Positions 39,318 through 48,675 of a stretch of 64,000 bases of DNA are shown here, piece after piece; position 1 is the stretch's first letter; every line of letters begins with the position of its first letter. A program made the position numbers and the translations under genes. This DNA comes from a virus (taxonomy: Duplodnaviria; Caudoviricetes): the IMG/VR virus record IMGVR_UViG_3300031857_000014; one strand, 5' to 3'. Under the pieces are notes generated by a model. It was not told the origin of the DNA and ran no database searches. It worked only from the letters and a program-made list of their open reading frames with translations.

Positions 39318-40230
39318 AAAAATATTATCCATTTAGGATTCACAGTTTTAATCTTCGGATTATTTCTGAAGTTCTAATAAAAGATAATTGGGCGGTCTAT
39401 AGTCCATTCACCTTCGGGTGACAGATACCTTCGGGTATTTGAAAATAAACTATGAAAGTAGTATAAAGTGACTTACTTTGGTTGAAGTAGGTTGCGGTTC
39501 TCGAAAGAGAACTCGAGTAGACAAGCGAGATATCATTTAATCTTGAGTACTGAGGGTGACACTGTAGGGAAAGTGGTTGAATGACTTGGCGATGTGGGTC
39601 GTCAGGTTGAGGTGGGAACACCAATAAGAATAACTCGTAGAATACATGCAAGAAATAAGGTCATCCTACTTTATAATTGCGTTGTTCAATATTAGAGTTG
39701 ATTTAAAACCGAAAGGTATGATGATGTACAGATGGTGCTGTTATTATCCTTAATCTTTGTCCTACCAAGGACTTGATTATGAAGTTGACTTGAAATATGG
39801 AGACAGGGATGTTTCAGAGGGTAGTTCAGTATTTTCTCGTTCAAAAGATGGGAGAACTGGTGACGGACCACTACCTTCAAAATCCACAAACCAAAACTTT
39901 TTGATTGTATTCAAAAATATTAAATCAATAAAGAAAAAGTGTCCGTCAGTTGTCAGAAACAGGTGACTACACAGTCGTGAGGGGTTCACGGCCACAAAGG
40001 GTCTCAAGCCCGATGTGATTTTTAAGAAAGTTCTCTAATCCCGCAAGGATGAGTTGGGGTGGCAACCTCGAAGAGCAGCAAGTATTAAGAGAGTATTTGA
40101 CAACTTTAGGATTGGTTAATCTAATTGACCGTCACTGATTGGTACTACTCAAAAGGTAGTGGATAAGGGAAGAACAAATAATGTCCCCAAGTCAATCAAT
40201 AGAACTTGTAATCTCAGAGTTTCTTTTAAA
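39318..40230 (+). ncRNA. Large (about 0.9 kb) highly structured ncRNA, GOLLD/ROOL-class candidate; boundaries approximate
   Basis: No credible ORF; higher GC than flanks; several cUUCGg and GNRA hairpins; long-range 8-9 bp helices; own promoters, boxA-like leader and terminator. Confidence 0.8.
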
Positions 40231-40305
40231 AAATTTGTTTCCTAGTTTAGTAAAACTATGGTGGTGGAGATAATGACTTCTTTATGCGGTCAGCCTCAAA
40301 ATATG

Positions 40306-40333
40306 AAAGGACTAGTAAACTAGTCCTTTTTTT
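40306..40333 (+). terminator. Intrinsic terminator of the large-RNA transcript
   Basis: AAAGGACTAGT-aa-ACTAGTCCTTTTTTT. Confidence 0.8.
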
Positions 40334-40421
40334 ATTATACCACTTTTTTTTACCGGAAATTTTACTTATATTTATATTCAGTTAACGATTTTGTTAACTA
40401 TAAACTAAATAAAAATAAAAT

Positions 40422-40946
40422 ATGAAAAAAACAGTTTTCTTATTAGTTGCAACAATGTTAGCATTTACAACATTGTACGCACAAAAACAATCTGACATGT
40501 TTGTTAGTGGAACAGTATCGTTCACTAAAACTACAGATGTAGACGCATCTTATCAATTAAAACCAACTATCGGTTATTTTGTTACAAACAAACTTGCTGT
40601 TGGTGTACTTGGTGAAGTATCAAAATCAAGCACAGAAGAAGTATTGAATATCGGTGCTTTCGGAAGGTATCACTTTTTAACTGTTGGTAAAAATTGTCAA
40701 GTATTCTCACAATTGAGTTTGGCTAACAATTCTACAACAGTTGCTGGTGTAAAAACATCCGGATTTGGTGCTAATTTAGGTCTTGGTTCAAACTATTTTG
40801 TTACCAAAAGACTCGGTCTTACTATGGATTTAACCAATCTAATTACCTATTCAAATGTTGATTCTAAATCAACAATTAATATTGGTTTTGATGGTGTGGT
40901 AAACCCATTTGCAATTCCAAAATTTGGTGTTATTTATAATTTCTAA
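40422..40946 (+). CDS. Outer-membrane beta-barrel protein (small, Bacteroidota type)
   Basis: Signal peptide, alternating amphipathic strands (IGYFVTNKLAVG, FGRYHF, LGSNYFVTKRLGL), C-terminal GVIYNF. Confidence 0.85.
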   Translation: MKKTVFLLVATMLAFTTLYAQKQSDMFVSGTVSFTKTTDVDASYQLKPTIGYFVTNKLAVGVLGEVSKSSTEEVLNIGAFGRYHFLTVGKNCQVFSQLSLANNSTTVAGVKTSGFGANLGLGSNYFVTKRLGLTMDLTNLITYSNVDSKSTINIGFDGVVNPFAIPKFGVIYNF

Positions 40947-40968
40947 AAAAAATAACAAATATTATTTA

Positions 40969-40996
40969 ATCCCCACAATAGTGGGGATTTTTTTTT
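40969..40996 (+). terminator. Terminator after the OMP gene
   Basis: AATCCCCAC-aata-GTGGGGATTTTTTT. Confidence 0.75.
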
Positions 40997-41100
40997 GTCT
41001 AAACTTTTTGAGATTATTTTGAATAAAATAAAAATTGGTTCAAAATTTGATATAATTAAAATATTTAATATCTTGTTAACCTATTTATAATAAAGAACAT

Positions 41101-41652
41101 ATGAAAAATATAACATTATTTTTATTTTTTTTAATAGGTTTTTTAAGTGTGAATGCACAAACCCCTGATACTGTTTGTTATCGTTCAAATAACTCAACAT
41201 ATCAAGTAACAAATACACCGGGAAACACATATACTTGGACAGTCGCGTCACCTGGTGTTATTACAGGAGGACAAGGTACAAATGTGATTACAGTTAACTG
41301 GGGTTCAGCAAATCCTGGTTTAATTACAAATGCGGTTACAGTATTTCCAACAAGTGCTGAAGGTTGCGTAGGACCAACAGTATTATTAGATGTTTTTGTT
41401 TTAAACATTATACCTACAGTAACACCGGTAGTGTTATGTGCAGATGCTGGTTGTGTTCCTTTAATTGGTTCACCATCGGGAGGAGTTTGGAGTGGATCCG
41501 GTGTTAGTGGTAATCAGTTCTGTCCTAATTTAGTTACTGCGGGTCAATACACCATAACATACACATATAGTTTGGCTGGATGTACGTTTACAGGTACGGG
41601 TACCGCAACTGTAAATCCATTACCAACAATAAGTCCTATACAACATGATTAA
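41101..41652 (+). CDS. Secreted Ig/PKD-like domain protein
   Basis: Signal peptide; NTYTWTV..GVITGGQGTNVITVNW and GGVWSGSGVSGNQFCP...GQYTITYTY repeats typical of Bacteroidota surface proteins. Confidence 0.75.
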   Translation: MKNITLFLFFLIGFLSVNAQTPDTVCYRSNNSTYQVTNTPGNTYTWTVASPGVITGGQGTNVITVNWGSANPGLITNAVTVFPTSAEGCVGPTVLLDVFVLNIIPTVTPVVLCADAGCVPLIGSPSGGVWSGSGVSGNQFCPNLVTAGQYTITYTYSLAGCTFTGTGTATVNPLPTISPIQHD

Positions 41653-42212
41653 TGAAATGGATATTTTGTTTAATATATGTTTTACTGGGTTATGTCACAT
41701 ACGGACAACAAGAAATTGAATTATGTCCAGGTAATAGAAATACATTTACCTATTGGAGTAATTCATCTACATCAAATGGGGGTTGGTTATGGTTATTAAA
41801 CCTTGACACAATCTCAATAAACAGTAGTGTTAAAATAACATATCGAGACACCGGATTTTTTTTAATTACTGTTCATTATAAAGATGAATGTGGAGAACCT
41901 ATTCGTTTTTACAGAGTAAAAGTTAAAAAATGTCCCGAATCTGCAATATTTTTTCCAAACGCCTTTACACCAAATGGGGATGGATTAAATGATGGTTGGT
42001 CACCAATACCATTTAAAATAATTGAAATGAAATGGAATGTGTGGAATCGTTATGGTCAAAAAGTATACGAAAGTAAATACATTGAAGACAAGTGGAATGG
42101 GTTATACAAAGAAACACCACAACCAATTGGTGGATATGTTTTTCAATGTTGGTGGAAAGGAATTGATGGTAAAACTGGATATAAAAAAGGAAATTTAATA
42201 TTAATAAGATGA
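41652..42212 (+). CDS. T9SS type B (gliding-motility-associated, CHU_C-like) C-terminal sorting domain protein
   Basis: Signal peptide; IFFPNAFTPNGDGLNDGW, VWNRYGQKVYES, KWNG, QPIGGYVF, KKGNLILIR. Confidence 0.88.
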   Translation: MKWIFCLIYVLLGYVTYGQQEIELCPGNRNTFTYWSNSSTSNGGWLWLLNLDTISINSSVKITYRDTGFFLITVHYKDECGEPIRFYRVKVKKCPESAIFFPNAFTPNGDGLNDGWSPIPFKIIEMKWNVWNRYGQKVYESKYIEDKWNGLYKETPQPIGGYVFQCWWKGIDGKTGYKKGNLILIR

Positions 42213-42355
42213 AAAAATATATAACACGAGCAATATTTTTAATTATTATTTTTTTCTTAGTGATGGTGTTTTCTGGATGTACAAAATATTATTCACCTGA
42301 AAAATATGCTAACCCAAAAAGAAAATATGAGGTAGAAAGGAGAAAAGTATATTAA
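42209..42355 (+). CDS. 48-aa lipoprotein (absent from the ORF track)
   Basis: MKKYITRAIFLIIIFFLVMVFSGCTKYY...; lipobox FSGC; abuts both neighbouring genes. Confidence 0.65.
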   Translation: MKKYITRAIFLIIIFFLVMVFSGCTKYYSPEKYANPKRKYEVERRKVY

Positions 42356-42356
42356 A

Positions 42357-43727
42357 ATGAGACAAATTATCACATTATTATTTACAATATTTTCAATTGC
42401 AGGTTATTCTCAATGTGGTAATACTGATTTTGAAACAGGGACATTTACTGGTTGGTCCGGTAAATTAGGAACTTGTTGTCCAATTAATCTTCCAAATAAT
42501 GGTATTGTAAATGGGAGACAAACAATAATGACACAAGGAATTGATCCTCACTCATGCGGTGGTTTAAGAACTGTTTATCAAGGTACATATTCCGCTAGAT
42601 TAGGTAATGATAGAATTGGTGCACAAGCTGAAGGGTTGTCATATACATTAACAATAACACCAGCATCAACAATAATAAGGTATGCGTATGCTGTTATATT
42701 TCAAGATCCGAACCACGCAACTGCAGACCAACCCCGGTTTCAATCGAGAGTTAGATTAGCAAATGGTTCGATAATACCTTGTACTGATTATACTGTTACC
42801 GCAGCATCAGATTTACCTGGATTTCAATATTGCTCACCAACACCACCTGATACGACATTTATCGCGTGGAGAGATTGGACTGAAGTTGCTGTTGATTTAA
42901 GTGCATATGTTGGACAAACAGTTACACTTGAATTTGAAACTGGTGATTGTAGATTAAGAGGTCATTATGGTTATGCGTATATCGACGCAGTACAATGTGG
43001 TCAATCAAATACACATGTGACTTATTGTGAAGGTGATGACTCATTAACTATAAATGCAATGGGTGGATTTGCAAATTATGAATGGGAAACAGGTGATACC
43101 ACACAACAAATAACAATAAATCCAAACTTATATGATACTATAACGTGTACTGTAACAACATTTTTAGGTTGTGAATTAACATTATATTATATATTAGACA
43201 TGGCACCAGGGTACCCTAATTTTATTTACAGTCCAAATTGTTCGGGATTAGTTCAATTCACAAATACAAGTACCGCATCATATACACCAATAAATTATTT
43301 GTGGACATTTCCTGATGGTACAACATCAACTTTAGAAAACCCAACACACATTTTTAGTCCAGGTATTCATAGTGTTAACTTACAAATTTCTTCTAATTTA
43401 GGTTGTGGTAGAGATACCACTATTTTGATAGAAATATATCCAACACCTGTACCTAATTTTTCCGCACCTAATGTTTGTTTAGGTGTTCCAACACCGTTTA
43501 CAAATTTATCAACTCAAACCCTTGGGTATCCGGTAAGTTATTTGTGGGGTTTTGGTGATAATTCCACATCAACAAATACAAATCCAATTCACCTTTATAA
43601 TAACTCTGGCACATATTTGGTTACATTATATGCTGCAACAACAGGAACAGGATGTATGGATAGTATAACAGGACAAATAACTGTTTATCAAAATCCAATC
43701 ATTATTGGTCCAATAATATCAAATTAA
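42357..43727 (+). CDS. Secreted PKD-domain protein
   Basis: Signal peptide; CGNTDFETGTFTGWSG N-domain; two PKD repeats (VQFTNTS..YLWTFPDGTTSTLENPTHIF; FTNLST..YLWGFGDNSTSTNTNPIHLYNNSGTYLVTL). Confidence 0.82.
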   Translation: MRQIITLLFTIFSIAGYSQCGNTDFETGTFTGWSGKLGTCCPINLPNNGIVNGRQTIMTQGIDPHSCGGLRTVYQGTYSARLGNDRIGAQAEGLSYTLTITPASTIIRYAYAVIFQDPNHATADQPRFQSRVRLANGSIIPCTDYTVTAASDLPGFQYCSPTPPDTTFIAWRDWTEVAVDLSAYVGQTVTLEFETGDCRLRGHYGYAYIDAVQCGQSNTHVTYCEGDDSLTINAMGGFANYEWETGDTTQQITINPNLYDTITCTVTTFLGCELTLYYILDMAPGYPNFIYSPNCSGLVQFTNTSTASYTPINYLWTFPDGTTSTLENPTHIFSPGIHSVNLQISSNLGCGRDTTILIEIYPTPVPNFSAPNVCLGVPTPFTNLSTQTLGYPVSYLWGFGDNSTSTNTNPIHLYNNSGTYLVTLYAATTGTGCMDSITGQITVYQNPIIIGPIISN

Positions 43728-44725
43728 TGAAACAATACTTAATAATTTTCTTTTTACTGTTTTCTAACTTTTTATATTCTCAATGTAAAGATGTGTATAG
43801 TGTTCAAATAGATTGTCCAACAGAACAGGATAGTTTAGTACTATACAATAACGCATTGAAAGTGTATGATTTTTATGATAATAATAAATCATATGAAAAA
43901 ACAAGAACAAGAGAATTAACATCAGATTTTGATAAAAGAAACATATTTGAAGATTTAACAACGGCTAGAAGATTATTTTTTGTTATAAGAAGAGAAGTCG
44001 CTAAAATAAAAGAAACAGAAAAAAAATTTATTGCGGGTAAAACAAGCCCAAAATATGTTGACATTAATTACAAAGAATATTATCAAGAAGTTGATGAATA
44101 TAGATTCTATCAAAGAGAAATAGAAAGTCAAATAGTGAATAAATCCGCACCAATTGCAATTTATGATAATAGAATTGCACCAATTATTGTAAATGAATAT
44201 CACTGTATTGACTCAACAAGCCCTTATTTTGGTGATTTAGTAAACATACCATTATATATTCCTGTGACTGTTAAACCTTTTATGTTATTAACAGAATCAG
44301 AGTTAATTATTCGTAATGATATTTTAAAAAAAATTGACCCTAACTACATACCAAAAAATATGAACAAACCACTAATAGATACAATGACTATTAGAGAAAC
44401 AATAACCAAAATAACAAATACTGAAGACAATAAAAAAAGAGTAATTATTAAAGATACAGTAATTAAAAAAGACAATATAAGAATAAAACAACCAGAAATA
44501 CAATTAAGTTGTACATTCCCTATTCCTGTTTATGCATTTAATCCTATGAGAGGGGGAACGTTGGTTGGATTTGTTTGCGATAAATATTTTATAAAAATAA
44601 AACCATCACAATACAACTATTATGCTGTACCTAAATGGGCTCAAGACATATTAGAAAATAAAAAAGATTTAAATAATCTCCTAAAAAACAAATTTGGTGA
44701 TTATTTATTAGGCGTGATAGAATAA
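43727..44725 (+). CDS. Secreted hypothetical protein
   Basis: Signal peptide MKQYLIIFFLLFSNFLYSQ. Confidence 0.6.
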   Translation: MKQYLIIFFLLFSNFLYSQCKDVYSVQIDCPTEQDSLVLYNNALKVYDFYDNNKSYEKTRTRELTSDFDKRNIFEDLTTARRLFFVIRREVAKIKETEKKFIAGKTSPKYVDINYKEYYQEVDEYRFYQREIESQIVNKSAPIAIYDNRIAPIIVNEYHCIDSTSPYFGDLVNIPLYIPVTVKPFMLLTESELIIRNDILKKIDPNYIPKNMNKPLIDTMTIRETITKITNTEDNKKRVIIKDTVIKKDNIRIKQPEIQLSCTFPIPVYAFNPMRGGTLVGFVCDKYFIKIKPSQYNYYAVPKWAQDILENKKDLNNLLKNKFGDYLLGVIE

Positions 44726-44735
44726 AATAAAAATT

Positions 44736-47015
44736 ATGAAAAAAATATCAATCATTTTAATTTTAACAATAATCTTTTCTTCAGCAAATGCAAGAAAATT
44801 TTACTTTAGTAGTTCTACAGGTAGTGATACCTACACTACAACTCAAGCACAAAATCAATCAACTCCATGGGCGAGTCTTAAAAAAATGGAACAAGTGTCA
44901 CGAACTGCGAATGTTTTTCAAGCGGGTGACACATTAGCATTTAAACGTGGTGATGTTTTTGCGAACGGGTACATCAATACTTTTGCAAGTATGCAATGGA
45001 GAAATGATGGTGGTACTTATTGGATTGCACCAAGTGGTACTCCAGATAGACCTATTGTAATCACAAATTACGGAGACCAAACTTTACCATTACCAAATTG
45101 GTTATGGCCAACAACCACATCTCCTGTTAACGCTTGGCCAAACACAAGGCCGGCAAGACATGTTGTTTGTTTTACAGGTGTTGCGAATATAGTGATTGAT
45201 GGTATTCAATCCAATGATTTCAGATTTCCCGAGAATGATAAAATTACACCCGCATATACAGGTGGATGGTTAATTGGAGAATGGACAAATTCTAGAACTG
45301 TCAATGGAGTTTATGTTCAAGGTGCGAATAACCCCAATAATAGAAAATATATGGTTACAAACTTCAAGGTTCGTAACTGTGTGTTTAATAACATTCAATA
45401 TGGTTTTGGTGGGATAGCTGCAATTAATAGCGAATTTAGTTATAATAGAATAACAAATTTAAAGGCTACGACAGATACTGCTGGTGTGAATGATGTGATG
45501 GCAGGTGCTTTCGAAGCTTTAAGTGGGTTTTATGTCAATATACATCACAACTATATAAAAGGGGCTTGGGCTAAAAGTGGACGAATAAGTTCAACAAATG
45601 GACTCGGCGGTGTTGGTTTTGATATTCTTAACTTAAAAAATAGTAAAATTGCATATAATACAGTGATTGATTGTTCGGGTATGTGGGAAATTGGTAATCT
45701 GGACAGATTAGACTCTACTTCAGGTGCACAATACGATACCTTCGCATTTAACAAAGTAATTAACTGTGGTAATTTCGGTTATTTACATGGTTCGACAGGA
45801 TCATTTATTGGTAATAATCATCATTTATCTTTTTGGAACAATGTAATAATATCTAATAACAAAGACAGACAAAATGGATTAGGTTTTGGAAAAGACGTTT
45901 ATGGGGATGGACAAGGATTTGCACCAGGGACACCTAATGCTTGGTGGATGTGTAGAAACCCTTTGAGTACATGGAATCAATCACCATATATCCCTTCAAC
46001 AACTACAACAGCTGGTTCAAACATAGTTACCGTGAGTAATGTAACAGGAATACGAATAGGTAGTGTAGCATTCGCAAACAATGATAGTCTTTTAGGTACA
46101 ACATATCAAACAGTTACTGTAACATCAATAAACGGAAATCAACTCACATTGAGTGTAAACTGTACTCGTTCTACTATCACTACGAATGTGGCTTATTACC
46201 TACCTGTATCTGATACCACATGGAGTACTCCACTCAATTCATCATTTGCTAATTACGGTGGTACAAGAGCTTTTATTCAGTATGCTTCTGACAATACCAC
46301 TTTTGGTTCATATATTGATACAATGATTGATAGTAGAAATAATATCATGTATTGGACCACAGGTATACAAGGAGTTTATGATAGAACAAGATTCAAAAGA
46401 AATAGTAATATATACACACCTATTGGTGGTGCTAGATTTACAACTTCGGTCGGTAGTCCATTAAGAACTTCTGAAAGAGTTATCACAACCAAACTATTCA
46501 GGGACACTACCGCCTTATATCCCGAGGATTGGGACTTACATCCTGTGGATACAAGTTACGCTTATGCGACAGGGTCACCAACACCAGGGTTTACCGTAGA
46601 CTTTGAAGGTAAACCAATAACGACACCTTTTATCGGATTATTTTCAAAGTTAAATGTCGTTACTATAGATACTTGTAGATTCACATATGGACAGTGGAGT
46701 TCTTGTAATGGAAGTTTTCAAACAAGACCATATACCTCATTTCCCTCGGGTTGTGTTGGCGTCCCACCACTTGATAGTATTCAAAGAAGTTGTGTCGTTG
46801 TTTCACCGGTTAGATATTTTTATTATAGTCCAAGTAGAGTTAGTATTAGAATTGAATCATCTACTTCAGGAGTAATTACAATTACAAATACTTTAGGTCA
46901 AGTAATTCGTAATATAAATTATTCTGCAGGAGGTTCTTGGAAAAGTGTTAATTTTTTACCTTCCGGAACATATACTGCAAGAACTTATGATAAATCATTT
47001 TTGTTTATAAGATGA
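44736..47015 (+). CDS. Right-handed beta-helix (pectin-lyase-like) protein with a T9SS type A-like C-terminal domain
   Basis: Signal peptide; FYFSSSTGSD..N..TPWASL..AGDTLAFKRGDVF start; Asn ladders; C-terminal ITITNTLGQVIR..LPSGTYTAR. Confidence 0.78.
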   Translation: MKKISIILILTIIFSSANARKFYFSSSTGSDTYTTTQAQNQSTPWASLKKMEQVSRTANVFQAGDTLAFKRGDVFANGYINTFASMQWRNDGGTYWIAPSGTPDRPIVITNYGDQTLPLPNWLWPTTTSPVNAWPNTRPARHVVCFTGVANIVIDGIQSNDFRFPENDKITPAYTGGWLIGEWTNSRTVNGVYVQGANNPNNRKYMVTNFKVRNCVFNNIQYGFGGIAAINSEFSYNRITNLKATTDTAGVNDVMAGAFEALSGFYVNIHHNYIKGAWAKSGRISSTNGLGGVGFDILNLKNSKIAYNTVIDCSGMWEIGNLDRLDSTSGAQYDTFAFNKVINCGNFGYLHGSTGSFIGNNHHLSFWNNVIISNNKDRQNGLGFGKDVYGDGQGFAPGTPNAWWMCRNPLSTWNQSPYIPSTTTTAGSNIVTVSNVTGIRIGSVAFANNDSLLGTTYQTVTVTSINGNQLTLSVNCTRSTITTNVAYYLPVSDTTWSTPLNSSFANYGGTRAFIQYASDNTTFGSYIDTMIDSRNNIMYWTTGIQGVYDRTRFKRNSNIYTPIGGARFTTSVGSPLRTSERVITTKLFRDTTALYPEDWDLHPVDTSYAYATGSPTPGFTVDFEGKPITTPFIGLFSKLNVVTIDTCRFTYGQWSSCNGSFQTRPYTSFPSGCVGVPPLDSIQRSCVVVSPVRYFYYSPSRVSIRIESSTSGVITITNTLGQVIRNINYSAGGSWKSVNFLPSGTYTARTYDKSFLFIR

Positions 47016-47656
47016 GAATAATTTTAATGTTATTAATTTTATTTAGTCCTAATTTACAGGTTTATCAAGAAAATCTTGTAACAGAAAATGAACATGTTTT
47101 AATACGAATTTTTAAATATGAACAAGAACTTGAAGTTTGGGTGAATAACTCAGAAAAAAAAGAATACTATTTGTATAAAAAGTATTCCATTTGTAAAATA
47201 AGTGGAACTCTCGGACCAAAAAGAAAAGAAGGTGATTATCAAGTTCCAGAAGGGTTTTATTACATAAACGATTTTAACCCTAAAAGTAAATATAAAAAAA
47301 GTTTAGGTATAAATTATCCAAATGAATCTGATAAAATACTAAGTACATATAAAAAATTAGGTGGAAACATATACATACATGGTGATTGTGTTTCAGTTGG
47401 GTGTATTGCTATTGGTAATAAATTTATTGAAGAGTTATTTTTAATTTGTATAAGAACAAAAAATCCGATTCCGGTTCACATTTTCCCAATTAACTTTAAC
47501 AATAATAAATCTAAAAATTCATTACTATATTACAATTATGTTTATGAAAACAAAAATTTTGAAACTAATTTAAAAAATGGTTTTAACTTTTTTGAAGAAA
47601 AAAAATATCCGCCAAAAATAAAAGTAGACAGTTTGGGATATTACCAATTTTTTTAG
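47012..47656 (+). CDS. L,D-transpeptidase family protein (YafK/DpaA-like)
   Basis: LEVWV, SGTLGPKRKEGDYQVPEGFYYI..FNPKSKYKKSLGINYPN, IYIHGDCVSVGCIAI. Confidence 0.87.
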   Translation: MRIILMLLILFSPNLQVYQENLVTENEHVLIRIFKYEQELEVWVNNSEKKEYYLYKKYSICKISGTLGPKRKEGDYQVPEGFYYINDFNPKSKYKKSLGINYPNESDKILSTYKKLGGNIYIHGDCVSVGCIAIGNKFIEELFLICIRTKNPIPVHIFPINFNNNKSKNSLLYYNYVYENKNFETNLKNGFNFFEEKKYPPKIKVDSLGYYQFF

Positions 47657-47670
47657 TTATATTTACAAAT

Positions 47671-48354
47671 ATGAAAATAGTATTAATTTCAGACACTCAC
47701 GGTTTACATGAAAAAATGTTGTATAACTTACCTGAAGGTGATATGATAATCTGTGCTGGAGATATAAGTAATGTCGGTAGTATATTTGAAATTAATCAAT
47801 TTACACAATGGTTTTCTAAATTGCAGTATAAATACAAAATTTTTATTGCGGGTAACCATGATTTTGGTTTTGAAAAAATTAGAAAATCTAATGAAATAGG
47901 TATTAGTATTCCACATGGTGTGATATATCTTGAAGATGAAATGGTTGAAATTGAAGGATTAAAAATATATGGTAGTCCTTGGCAACCCGAATTTCATAAT
48001 TGGGCATTTAATTTACCAAGAAACGGTGATCAAATAAAATTCAAATGGGATTCAATACCTGATGATACAGATATATTAATTACTCACGGACCACCTTTTG
48101 AATGTTTAGATATTACACCAACAAATCAAAGAGTTGGTTGTGAATTATTAAAAATTAGATTAGATGATTTGAAACCAAAACTTCATGTGTTTGGTCATAT
48201 ACATGACAGTTATGGAATAAAATATACAAGTGACACATTATCTGTAAATGCGTCTATTTGTAATGAAAGATATCAACCGATAAATAAACCAATTGTTGTT
48301 GAGGTGTCTGAAGTTTATGGTGAAAAAGTCATAACTTATGTTGATAATGGTTGA
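47671..48354 (+). CDS. Metallophosphoesterase (calcineurin-like)
   Basis: ISDTHG, ICAGDIS, IAGNHD, LITHGPP, HVFGHIH. Confidence 0.9.
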   Translation: MKIVLISDTHGLHEKMLYNLPEGDMIICAGDISNVGSIFEINQFTQWFSKLQYKYKIFIAGNHDFGFEKIRKSNEIGISIPHGVIYLEDEMVEIEGLKIYGSPWQPEFHNWAFNLPRNGDQIKFKWDSIPDDTDILITHGPPFECLDITPTNQRVGCELLKIRLDDLKPKLHVFGHIHDSYGIKYTSDTLSVNASICNERYQPINKPIVVEVSEVYGEKVITYVDNG

Positions 48355-48404
48355 TAAGATATTTAATATTTTTCATAGATATTTATATAGTACAACTAAA
48401 TAAC

Positions 48405-48632
48405 ATGAAAAAAATCGTAAACTTTTTTAAGTCTATTTTTACTACTCTTGGTTTAGACACTCAAATTGAAGAAATAAAAAAAGAGATAAAAGAAGAGGTT
48501 AAAGAAACCGTTGAAGAAGTAAAAACAAAGACTAGAAAACAAGTTAAAACCGCAAAAGAAAAAGTTTTAGGTAAGGAGGAAAAATCCACCAAAAAACAAC
48601 CAGTCAAAAAAACTTCAGCAAAAAAGAAATAA
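48405..48632 (+). CDS. Small Lys-rich protein
   Basis: TATTTATA at 48380-48387; amphipathic N-terminus and basic tail. Confidence 0.55.
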   Translation: MKKIVNFFKSIFTTLGLDTQIEEIKKEIKEEVKETVEEVKTKTRKQVKTAKEKVLGKEEKSTKKQPVKKTSAKKK

Positions 48633-48660
48633 TTTCAAATTATTTTATTATCTTTGTATT

Positions 48661-48672
48661 AGTTCTTTAAAA
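48661..48672 (+). promoter_or_regulatory. boxA-like element upstream of ssrA; other copies at 35790, 36594 and 39306
   Basis: (A/T)GTTCTTT(G/A)A(A/C)AT, resembling rrn boxA TGCTCTTTAACA. Confidence 0.6.
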
Positions 48673-48675
48673 TTA

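Noticed and set aside
39397-40007. Four short ORFs inside the large RNA region
   Set aside because: Mutually overlapping, atypical composition, no motifs; the hairpin density is better explained by an ncRNA
39318-40230. Identity as RNase P RNA, group II intron or rRNA fragment
   Set aside because: No GAGGAAAGUCC / AACAGAA..CGGCUUA P4 motifs, no GUGYG start or domain V, and no recognisable rRNA universal sequences
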